Shown here: one piece after another, positions 1 through 10,810 of the stretch
How the letters are laid out: the number at the start of each line of letters is the position of its first letter
Position numbering within the stretch: the first letter of the stretch is position 1
Source: Negaprion brevirostris
Taxonomy: Eukaryota
Assembly: GCA_030324005.1 (NCBI GenBank)
Contig: JARDVH010000031.1
Location: 50,309,787-50,373,786 of the forward strand
Length of the DNA stretch: 64,000 nucleotides
Direction: 5' to 3'
The notes under the pieces: generated by a model
The model's database searches: none
Seen by the model: the letters and a program-made list of their open reading frames with translations, nothing else
Told to the model about the DNA's origin: nothing
Program-made: the position numbers and the translations under genes

Positions 1-105
1 AATGATAGGGAGTGGGATAGCTTGATCTTGGGATTGGACATAGCTCAGCACAACATTGAGGGCCGAAGGGCCTGTACCGTGCTGTAATGTTCTATGTTTC
101 TATGT
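1..105 (+). mobile_element. CR1/HER1-type LINE 3' tail
   Basis: GGGCCGAAGGGCCTGTACCGTGCTGTAATGTTCTATGTTTCTATG stem-loop plus short terminal repeat. Confidence 0.7.
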
Positions 106-559
106 AACTTCATCCCATACAGTTGCATTGGCAGCATCCTCATCTTTTGCCAAGCAATGTCTTGATCTTATCTCATTCTCATCTTGTTTTCAATATAGCA
201 TCACTTTGGCTGTAATTTCTTCCAGCTCTGCAAGCCTCCTAGATATCTGCACTCAGTGGCCACTTGAACAATTTCAAAACAAATGCCAGATTCCATTTCT
301 GTCCCATCCCAATTTATCTGCATGAGAAACTCGGAGGCCATTGCTGACCCCACTTTTACCCTTGTGCGATCTCATCAGTCCTTTGACGGGATATTCATCC
401 ACATCATTGATGTTTATTTGTGCTGATGCCATCCTGAGCCATTTTCTTGGCTGTTTTCCGTGTCAGTTTATCTTTGCTTTCCATTGCCTGTCAGTTTAAG
501 CATTGACAACACAAGTATTGTAACAGGTATTGGGCTACAGTAATATAAGTAATAGACCA

Positions 560-1556
560 TATGGGGGTGAACTCCACGCCAGAGCTGATTATCACATGGA
601 AATTCCATTTCAATATGACTAGTGGGCCTGGAACCAAATTCTCTAGGTCCGCTCGCGTCTTACTCCCATGCCAGCCAGGAGTTGTTCCCTCCAGCAGGGA
701 TTACTGCTGCTCCCCACTAACAGGGAACTGATGGCCTGACATCGATGGAGGGAAATAAGGCCATTGAGGCCCCCCGGGAGGTCAAGGGTAAGGTGCCCTT
801 TGAGCAGTGCAGCCTGACAATGATAACCTGGCACCTTGGAACTGCCCAAGGGTCAAACTGGCACTGCCCAAGGGTCACATTGGCACTGCCCATTGGACAT
901 CAGACAGTGGGTGGAGCCAGAGGGAGCAGGATCTGCAGGGGACAGGATCTACTGGGGGGTGATCATGGACGGGGACTGCCACTCTGCAAAAGGATCGGTG
1001 GGGGAGGCAGGGAGTGAGGGCGATCAGGGCTGTCCATCCAAGTGGAGATGGGGGTGCAGGGCTGCGAGGGGTGACAGGACTGCCTGTGGGTNNNNNNNNN
1101 NNNNNNNNNNNNNNNNNNNNNNNNNNNNNNNNNNNNNNNNTGGAAGCCAGGGAGATAGGGGCTGAATGGGGGGGAGGGGTGCAGGGGCTGTGGTGGGGAC
1201 ATGGGACAGGCCCAGGGAGGTCCGGGAGACCATCGATCAGAGGGTGGTGGGATCAGTAGGCCAGCAGTGGAGACGTGCGAGGTTGGCCAGCAATCTGGAG
1301 GCCGGCAACGGGGCAGGCCAGTGCCTATGTGCTGATCTCCACTCTGACAGATCAGAGCATGCACAGTGACCCGCTCAACGCTTTGCTGAGGAATAGGCCC
1401 TGACCTCAGAATGCCAGAGTGAATCCCACCAGATCACTCAGCCCTGCTCAGAGTGCCAGAGATTCATTCTGGAAGTCACACTTTAAAAAATGACAGGATT
1501 TACTCCCATTTTCCCGCACAGTGGGAACTTCGAATTTTTTTTGGAAAATCCAGCCT
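560..1556. mobile_element. GC-rich non-autonomous interspersed element, possibly derived from a DNA transposon
   Basis: Abrupt G-rich block ending in GGAAAATCCAGCC, similar to the ends of the short elements at 56.5 and 63.4 kb; its ORFs are low-complexity. Confidence 0.4.
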
Positions 1557-2262
1557 ATATGTCTGACTTGGCAGGAACAAAGACATTTGTTGAACATAAT
1601 TAGGAAAACTTAGAAAAACTGAGTGGGCCGCATTTTAAAAGGAAACGGACCTGTGAGGGATATTATAGAGGCAAAATGTCAAGAAAAAGTGAAAGAAGAA
1701 AGAAAATATCAATTTTGGATGTCTTGAGAATTCAAGGATGTTTTTCACAAATGAAAGAATGGCACAGGATAGGGAAGTATGAAAAGACAATGATGAGCCA
1801 AGGACCTGCCTTAGAACAGGGCGTACAAGATGATGATGATGGCGGCGATCTATTCCCCTCACTCCCAGTTAATTCTAGACCAATTGACCAATCTGACAAC
1901 CCTGCAAACCACAACTGCCCAATTCTGCGGCACACCTTTTGCCTGCTTGCACCTTAAAATACTTCTTTTACTGCTTCTTCTTGGCCACCATCTTTAATTG
2001 TTTTCCGGCTACTTCTGGGCAGGTAGCCACAAGCTCTGTGGTACCACACCTGGTAAAAGTGCATAGAGGTGAGAACACATGGACAGCCCAAAGAGTTTTT
2101 CTGCCAATTTCACAGGCTCCTCCCTCCCCAGCATCCATATCTAATTCAAAGGTGCTTGGAAAATTCCAGCCAAGGTTCCTGTTTCCCTATACCAGCGATT
2201 TCCTTAAATTCCTCTGCAGGCTACCATCCATTCTTTTCTCAAATTTGTCAAAAGCCTTTTTG

Positions 2263-2548
2263 ATGGCATGGTGGCACAGTGGTTAGCATTGCTGCCTCAC
2301 AGTGCCATGGACCCAGGTTCAATTCCTGGCTTGAGTCACTATCTGTGTGGAGTTTGCACATTCTCCCCATGGGTTTCCATGGGTGCTCCGGTTTCCTCCC
2401 ACAGTCTGAAAGACCTGAATTGGCCATGCTATATTTCCCCTCAGTGTACCCAAACAGATACCAGAGTTTGGCGACTAGGGGATTTTCACGATTACTGCAT
2501 TGTAATGTTAATTTAAGCCTACTTGTGACACTAATAAATAAATAAATA
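2263..2548 (+). mobile_element. V-SINE (HE1-like head and core), tail type B
   Basis: tRNA-like head GGTGGCACAGTGGTTAGCATTGCTGCCTCACAG, core TGTGTGGAGTTTGCACATTCTCCCC, tail GGCGACTAGGGGATTTTCAC...GCCTACTTGTGACACTAATAAA. Confidence 0.85.
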
Positions 2549-5500
2549 TTCAGAAAACATCTTCAGGATAATGTATTTTTCAGATTTGTCATTTTGGAAG
2601 TATGTTGAAAATGTATTTGATCTTCTGTTTTTACTTGATACAATTTTCTATTGTATATTCTGATTTACCTTATACAATTCATATTATGATTTTCCAGCAA
2701 TCAATTTACAGTGATTATGTTGCAATCATTAATTGATCGACTTTGGGCAACATATATCAATGGCACAAACTGTATCATCTGTCAATACTCATCATATCAG
2801 CAAGAATGTTATTGCAAAACTAAAATGGAATTCTCCCTCAACATATATACTAGAATAATAACTGCCCCGGAATGAAGTTAATCTATAATCTTTCAGTTTA
2901 GGTGCTGTTTAGAATTACCTATGTTCCTTTTTGGCTGTTTATGATTTAAGCTCAATCTTTTAATAAGATTATTGCCCAATATTCTCCATTCTGCCTATTT
3001 CATAGTTAATAGATTAAAAAATTAATCAAACTTTTTTTAATGTAATCTGTTACATTAACTTTCACCATCAGAAGGATGTATTTAACTGTGTTTACAGGTT
3101 GAGAGGGATGGCTGTTACTCCTAAAGCAAGTAAGAATAACAGAAATTCTGTTATTCCCTACACACCCAAAACTCTTTGTGCAAACCCCTCAATCTCTCAG
3201 TGCTTAATGTTTAATAAATAGGTCTATATAACTGAGGATACGGGTTGGAATTGTTGTCAGATTTCAATCTTAAAAGGACTTCATAGAGAAAACCCTTTCA
3301 TACACCCTAATTGCCTGATGAATGGCTAGTTACTGACAAAAGTTAGAGTTGGCATGTGNNNNNNNNNNGGCATGTGACTTCTTAAACTTAAAATATTTCT
3401 GTACTTGCAGAACAAAGTAGCAGATAGTAAGAGGAGGCAGATGTGAACTGGGCAAGTGGCCAGAAATGACATACTCTTGATTCCTCTGAAGAGACTAACC
3501 TAGACATTTCTGTCTATAAGAGAACTGGGGGAGTAGACAAAGGTGAATCTGAAGACAAACTCACTGTAAGTGTTATCTGGCTCCTGTTGATCTTCCTTAT
3601 TTACTGATACAGGAAAAAGAACAGGAGGAAGTTTGATGTCTGGGCGACTACTTAAATGCCTCCAGTGACCCTCCATACTTTGGGAAATGAGAAGTATGGC
3701 AAAATTAACCATCTGTAATGTAGGTGTTCCATTCTGAAGGAAAAGTGCTGCAAATGCTATCCATTGTCAACAATGCATCACTCCATTAACTTGTGTCTAG
3801 ATGGAAAATTAGCTGTTACAACAAATCACTTGTGTGCCTGCAAGGAGGTGAGGACTGGAAAGTTGAATGGGCAAATGACCTTGACTACATTGGCAGTGCC
3901 ATCCTTGGGAGAGATTGGCAACATGTATGTTTGCAGCAGCAGACTCAGCTTTTCAATTGTCATACTGAAATAGAGCCTGCAGAGGCAGTTTCACTCAGTC
4001 CTTGCTCTGTGTCGGTGTCTTCCGCTAGTCTTCAGATCCCCTGGCATGACTTCATGACTTCTTTATCATCTTTCATGAAATTGGTTGAGGGACACTTTGA
4101 CCTTGTGCAATTGTGCAAGAAAATTGACAACATAATTCAAAGAGTTCCTTTCCTGACTGTTAATAAACCTCGCTACCTTTAACCCCATTTTTAATGGTTA
4201 GATTTGTCCTGGGTGGGAAATGAAGGGGTGCATTACTGTATCCTCATTTGAAGTGAACATTGATGTCTGATAAAGCTCTGGCAAGCAATCTGGCAGAAAC
4301 CGAGCTGCAGAAAGCTGCATGGTCTGCAAAACATGTGAGTTTCCGAACTTAATATTTATGTCTTCTTGCTGAAGAAATCGTGTTCACCTCCTGGAATTCA
4401 TACCGAAATTGCATTGCTTCAAGATAATTTAAATAAAACTGTTGCCGTTTCACAACACGTTTGAGCACAATTCTTTTGCTTTCAATTAAGCTTGCAAGTT
4501 TTTTTACTATTCTGAAAGAATATGCGTATTAAATATTTTACTAGCTTCAGTGTATGCGTGTAATTGCACCATTGAGCTTTTCAATATTCAACAAGAATTA
4601 ACCACCCTTTGCAAGACAAAGAGGTGTCCTGAAAGATACATCTCACTTCCATTGAAAATTAATAGTAAATTAGTAGTTACATAAGCAAATCACTAAGGTA
4701 ATTACAAGAATTGTTCAACTAAAGCAATAATGAGCATGAAGGTGTGTATTATTAATGGCTGTTACATATTGGGATGTCACAGTGTTTGATAAAGTGCGAC
4801 TGCTACAATCCTACATATGTGCATAACAAACAGACCTATTAACACAGGCATTGTTAGCTTTCTAAAACTGATGGGCCTTACACTGCAAGTTTTTTTTAAA
4901 CACTATAAAGATAGAGATGTATAATTGGTCAAGACGAAAGGTAGTGTGAAAACCTCCTTGCAGCGAAGCAATTGCAATTGTTATTTCTTGCAACAAGTTA
5001 CATTTATATTTTATCCTTAATGTAGCTTCACAAGTTAGAGCCAAGAGAGCAAAAGGAATTGAGTGTTGGGGGGATAAGGGCAAACAAAAACACAGTCAAA
5101 AAGGTACGTTTTAAAATAACTTTTGAAACAGAGTGGGTGTAAAACAAGGTGAGGTATTTGGGAAAACAGCCCTGGGATGTGGAAGCAAGGGGTTTGAAAG
5201 TTCTGCCACTGGTAATAGAGCAAAGGGAATGGAGAAAGTGTGATTAGAGATGCTCAGGTATGAGTATAGATGGTCAGCTGTGAATANNNNNNNNNNNNNN
5301 NNNNNNNNNNNNNNNNNNNNNNNNNNNNNNNNNNNNNNNNNNNNNNNNNNNNNNNNNNNNNNNNNNNNNNNNNNNNNNNNNNNNNNTGACCATCAAAATT
5401 TAAGGACCTCCCCAGAGGGGGGTTTGTTGAATGACAGTTAAAATTTTTCATTTTATTGGCTGATACATAAAACCGTGTGGTCAAGACATAAATTCGGCAA

Positions 5501-5779
5501 CTCAGAAGACGAATCAAAGCAATCAGGCCATAGGTGATAGGTGAGCACAGATTTGAGTAAAATTCGATGTTGCTGACAGTTAGAAAAACAAGTTGAAAAG
5601 CATGTTCAAAACGTTGAACTTGAAAATGCCAAAGGCATGTTATGAGAGTCACAGTGGCAAAGGGATTGAGGTAGTTTTGGAGATGGATGGTGTTTTTGTC
5701 TGGCCAGCACTCAGCTTCATGAAGTTTCTCAGGTCAGATATACAATTAAACAGCATCATTTTTGAGCCAAACAGAGATA

Positions 5780-6870
5780 GATCTGAATATTATTTAAATA
5801 GAGAAAAGTTAGGAACAGTGGAGATCCAAAGAGATTTAGAGATCCATGTAAACAGATTATTGAAATGTAGCACTCAGATACAAAAAAAAATTCAAAGCGT
5901 TGATTAACGTTTGCCTTTATTTCTAGGGGAGGTGATGGCCTAATGATATCATTGCTAGAATGTTAATCCAGAAACTCATCTAATGCTCTGGGGACCTGGG
6001 TTCGAATCGTGCCACAGCAAATGGCGGAATTTGAATTCAATAAATAAAAAGCTGGAATTAAGAATCTACTGAATCTGCATGAAACCATTGTCAATTGTCA
6101 GAAAAATCGATCTGGTTCACTAATGTCCTTTAAGAAAGGAAATCTGCCGTTCCTACCTGGTCTGCCAGACATGTGTCTCCAGAGCCTCAGCAAAGTGGCT
6201 GACTCTTAACTGCCCTCTGAACAAGAGTAATTAGGGATGGGCAAAAAATGCTGGGCCAGTGAAGCCACGTCCCATGAAGAATAAAAAAAATTCTAGAGGG
6301 TTAGAATGTAAAGAAGAAATGTTTTGCCGCATCTATTCAAAATGCTGCTTAGATCACATCTGGCTTACTGTGTACAATTCTGACACTGCACCTGAGAAAG
6401 AATATACTGACTTTGGAAAGTGTGCAACTCAGATTCACGAGAATTTTACCATGGGCTAGGTGATGAGGAGAGATTATATAAAATAGACTTAATTGTACTC
6501 ACTGAAATAAAAGAGATTGAGTGGTGATTTCAATTGAGAATTTTGAAAGGGGTTCATAAGGCAAAGAGAGAGGAACATATTCTGCTGATGGAGAGGTGTC
6601 AGACAAGAAGACTTCAAACTCTGAACCATGCCATTCAGTAGAGAATTTAGGAAATAATTATCTTCTTTCCTAAGACAGAGTGTGGAACTCTCTCCTACCA
6701 GAACAGTAGAAGCTAGCTCAATTAATAATTCTAGATCTAAAATCTAAAGATGTTTGCAAAGAAGAGATGTGGAGCCAAGACAAGCAAATGGAGCTCAGGT
6801 ACAAATCCACATGATCTCATTGAATGGCAGAACAGGCTCAAGGAGCTGAGTACCCCTTTCTTATGTGCCT
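5780..6870 (+). mobile_element. Decayed CR1-type LINE 3' region interrupted by a SINE
   Basis: Remnant reading ..LGTVEIQRDLEIHV.. and a 3' tail GAATGGCAGAACAGGCTCAAGGAGCTGA. Confidence 0.65.
5925..6290 (+). mobile_element. tRNA-derived SINE (second family)
   Basis: B-box GGGTTCGAATC, core CTGGTTCACTAATGTCCTTTAAGAAAGGAAATCTGCC, tail TAGGGATGGGC...CCCATGAAGAATAAAAAAAA, TTCTAG on both sides (target-site duplication, TSD). Related pieces at 13745, 15455, 43181/44140 and 47990. Confidence 0.8.
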
Positions 6871-7339
6871 ATACATTAAATATCTTAAATTGTGGAAGTG
6901 ACAAGTTTCCAGACAAAAATCTGGCCACATAGTGTAATTTTGTTATTTTTTTAAGTGATCTTAAAAATACAATGCTCCAGTGAATTGCACAATAGAATAA
7001 TGGAGCAAGATTTGCTCTCGTCTCCTGCTTGAGTCTTAGTTCTCACTGTGCCATCAGGAAGTACTACTGAACAGACTTCAGGTATGTTCACATAAAGTAA
7101 GAGGGGGAGCTGGAGGAAAAGTTGCTACAACCTGTCTGGCAGAACTCCTAAATCTTGGGAACGAATCATTTTCCGGCCTTCTAGGTACAGTACATAAATG
7201 ATGTGGGGATCTCTAAACAGCTGAGTGAAAATATCTNNNNNNNNNNNNNNNNNNNNNNNNNNNNNNNNNNNNNNNNNNNNNNNNNNNNNNNNNNNNNNNN
7301 NNNNNNNNNNNNNNNNNNNNNNNNNNNNNNNNNNNNAGA

Positions 7340-7480
7340 TTATTGTTGCTGCACCAGTTCACCAGATTCTCTATCTCATTCCTGTACTCTGTCTCGTCAT
7401 TGTTTGAGATCCGCCGCCACTATGGTGGCGTCATCAGCAGACTTGAAAATCGGATTGGAGGGGAATTTTGCCACACAAGG
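7340..7480 (-). mobile_element. Rex/Babar-like LINE reverse transcriptase fragment
   Basis: Minus strand reads CVAKFPSNPIFKSADDATIVA, a degenerate (F/Y)ADD motif context. Confidence 0.6.
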
Positions 7481-7759
7481 CCAAAGGCAAACCACCTCTG
7501 CCATTTGAAACACATCCCAGGGAAATCCTGACCAGTGTATTTACTCACTTAGCTATATAAAAATTTCAAGGGTGCCTGTGTCACACTTTAAATGTCACAT
7601 TTCAGACATGATCACCAAATATCAGGGGCTTACAAGAAAATGACAGTCGTTGCATGATAATTTTTTTTTCTGACCTAGAGTTAGAAATTGATTTGTATGA
7701 AGACAAATGTATGAAAAATAATTTGTGGTCTCCATAGGACACCTTAACACATCCCAGCC

Positions 7760-8060
7760 ATACCCTATTCCACCTTCATCGGGAAAAAGATACAAAAATC
7801 TGAGGACACGTACCAACTGACAAAGAACAGCTTCTTCCCTGCTGCCATCAGACTTTTGAGTGGACCTGCCTTATATTAAGCTGATCCTTCTCTTCACCCT
7901 ATCTGTAATTGCAACACTATATTCTGCACCTTGTCCTTTCCTTCTCCCCCATGTACTGTATGGACAGTATGTTTTCTCTGTATAGCGCGCAAGAAACAAT
8001 ACGTTTCACTGTATCCCAAATATATGTGACAACAAAAATCAAATCAAATCAAAATCAAAA
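7760..8060 (+). mobile_element. Rex/Babar-like LINE 3' end
   Basis: AACAGCTTCTTCCCTGCTGCCATCAGACTTTT...GCGCGCAAGAAACAATAC, ending in (CAAAT)n. Confidence 0.65.
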
Positions 8061-8199
8061 CTAGGAATATAGGAACAGAAGAATGTTATTTAATCTTTGG
8101 AGACTGTGTGCTATTCAGCGAGGTCATGGTTGATCTTATTTCCAATTACACCTTTTCCCCAGATTCCTCAATAACTGATTCCTTGTGATGAGGGTTTGT

Positions 8200-8590
8200 T
8201 TTATGATGGCCTGTATTCACTGGTGTTGATAAGAATGAGAGGTGACCTTATTGAAACATGTAAGATGATGTTCCATCTCGTGGGTGAACCTAGAACTAGG
8301 GACACAGTTTCAAAACGAGGGGTGTCCCATGTAGGATGAAGAGAATGTCTTCGCTCAGGGGATTGTTCGATTTTGGAAATCACTTCCCAAAGATTATTGG
8401 AGACTGTGCCATTGAATATATTCAAGGATGAGCTGGACAGATTTTGATTGACAATGGACTCAAGGATAGTGGTGGAGTGAAGGCAGGGAAGTCAAGTTAA
8501 GGCTACAATCAGATCAGCCACAATCCTATTGAATAGCGGAGCAGGCTTGAGGGGCCAAATGGCCTGCCCCTGCTCCTTTTTCTTATGCTG
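8200..8590 (+). mobile_element. CR1-type LINE 3' fragment
   Basis: AGAATGAGAGGTGACCTTATTGAAAC...GGAGCAGGCTTGAGGGGCCAAATGGCCT. Confidence 0.7.
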
Positions 8591-8990
8591 TTTGGATAAT
8601 AAAGTTCTGTTGATCACATTTATAAAATGAATAGCTGATCTGGAATAAATTGCTATTGGTGGAAGAGAGTTCCAAACTTCTCCCACTTTCATTATGTGAA
8701 GAAGTGTTTCCTAAGTTCGTTCCTGTAAGGCCTGCCTTTAAATTTTACACGATAATCCTTTGTCCTAGAATCTCCAACCAGAACAAGCTGTTTCTCCTTA
8801 ATATCTTGACAATTTTCTTCAAATCACCCTTAACCCTTTAGATTCCAGGGAATACAAGCCTCATTTGCTTAATCTCTCCTGGTAGCTTATAGTCATGGAA
8901 TCCAGGTATCATTCTAGTAAACCTTTGCTGCACTCCCCCAAGACCAATAGATCCTTCCTAAGATGTGGTGTCCAGAACTCCTCGCTGTGT
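8590..8990 (-). mobile_element. CR1-type LINE fragment in the opposite orientation
   Basis: Remnant KVGEVWNSLP..; TAAGATGTGGTGTCCAGAACT is typical of the reverse complement of CR1 ORF2. Confidence 0.55.
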
Positions 8991-9087
8991 AGAAGAATGC
9001 TTTTAGAGATCTCTGTCTTTCTTTCCTGTCTTCATGCCATAGCAGTGAGCCATCCACTTAGCCACAAGTAACACTGCACAAAATACA

Positions 9088-9310
9088 ACTTGATTTGATT
9101 TGATTTTGATTTGATTTATTATTGTCACATGTATTAACATACAGTGAAAAGTATTGTTTCTTGCGCACTATACAGACAAAACATACCGTTCATCGAGAAG
9201 GAAATGACAGAGTACAGAATATCGTGTTACGGGCTTGGCTATGGTGTAGAGAAAGATCAACTTAATGTGAGGTAAGTCCACTTAAAAGTCTGACAGCAGC
9301 AGGGAAGAAT
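9088..9310 (-). mobile_element. Rex/Babar-like LINE 3' end, inverted relative to 7760-8060
   Basis: (TTTGA)n followed by the reverse complement of the 7830-8060 sequence. Confidence 0.65.
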
Positions 9311-10224
9311 TGTTATTGCATGCCTGCTTAAAGCATGCTCTGGAAAACTAAAGACATCAAACCGATTAAGAGGTAAGAGTCCCCACCTTTGTCAAAAAAA
9401 TGTTTGGCAACTGAAGAGAAAAGATTTGGCAGACAGTTGGCATGGTGATGTGATGCCTGTCAAAATGTCTCATTGTCTTGTGAAAACAATGAGAACAACG
9501 AGCAGTCATTTTGTCTCTCTCTCTCCCCAGTGACAAGTGCACTGTGTCTTTAATAATGTGCTGTATAACTTTGATCCTGTACTGTAGGACAGTATGATTA
9601 AATATTGACTGCAGTTTAGGACCAAAGCTGAAAACTATTGACCCAAAGATTACAGAAGTGATGACATTGTGTTATGATGCCTGAAGCCAAAGATTTTGAA
9701 GGCATTATTCACACTTAAGGTCACTTCTGCAACCAGAGGGGCAATAGTTTACCAATTACAGCCCAAAAACTGCCATCAATATTTGCTTTATTATACTCCT
9801 GAGATCAATTTATTTTAAAAACAACAAACATCTTCACCTCTTGTTCTTTGTGATGTCAGTAGCCAACATTCCTTGTTCTAAGGCCAATTGACACCACTCA
9901 TTTGGAGACCATTACTCTATGATGTCAGTTAACACACATTAATGAAACTATATTCTCATGTAACAAATCTTCAGTATGCATTGAGCACCTCATTCCACAG
10001 GGACAATCATTTCCATTTGTTGTATATATAATGATGACACAAGTGACTGGCATCTCACTGAAAGTAACTTAGATTGGCATCTCATGATACAGTCTTTTAT
10101 TAGTCATGTGATAAAGTATTTTGCATCTGATTACAAAATCGCCGCACACAGCAGGCACTATTTATTGTCAGTGTTCCAATAAACTAAGGGAGCTTGGAGA
10201 CCCACAAAAATAACAAATTTCACT

Positions 10225-10810
10225 GCGGCACAGTGGCACAGTGGTTAACACTTCTCCTTCTCAGTGCCAGGGACCCGAATTCAATTCTGGCGTGGGTCAC
10301 TGTCTGTTTGGAATTTGCGGTATCTCTTCGAGTCTGTGTAGGTTTTCTCTGGGTACTCTGGTTTCCTCCCACACTCCAAAGAGGTGTGGGTTATGTTGAT
10401 TGGCCATCCTAAATTGCCCTTAGTGCCATAGATGTAAAGCAAATAAAAGTAAAGTTGCCAAAGCCCCAGATGACCATAGGCAGGGGGCCAGACAGATGGT
10501 GATTTAACCTGAGGATCACAACATTTCAGGTGAGGGGTAAAATAGAGAAGGCGGGGCTTAACAAATAACTTTGGCTGGTACGGAAATTGAACTCACGCCA
10601 TTGGCACTGCTCTATATCACAAAGCAACTGCCCAGCCAACTGAGATAACTGATCCCCCCAAAGATGTGTAGGTTAGGTGGATTAGCCATGGTAAATGGGG
10701 TTATGGGGATAGAACAGAGGGAAGGGCCTGGATGGGATGTTGTTTTGGAGAGTCATTGCAGATTCAATGAGCCGGATGGTCACTTTCCGCATTGTAGAGA
10801 TGCTATGGTT
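10225..10810 (+). mobile_element. V-SINE/HE1 (tail type A) with a nested SINE
   Basis: Head and core at 10225-10437; the element resumes at 10660 and ends GCATTGTAGAGATGCTATG. Confidence 0.75.
10440..10660 (-). mobile_element. Nested tRNA-derived SINE (third family)
   Basis: Minus strand begins GGGGGATCAGTTATCTCAGTTGGCTGG, has B-box GAGTTCAATTTCC, and ends CCTATGGTCATCTGGGGCTTTGGCAACTTTACTTTT. Confidence 0.65.

Noticed and set aside
2263-2340. SINE heads as additional tRNA genes
   Set aside because: They have A/B-box similarity only, no complete cloverleaf, and continue into SINE cores.
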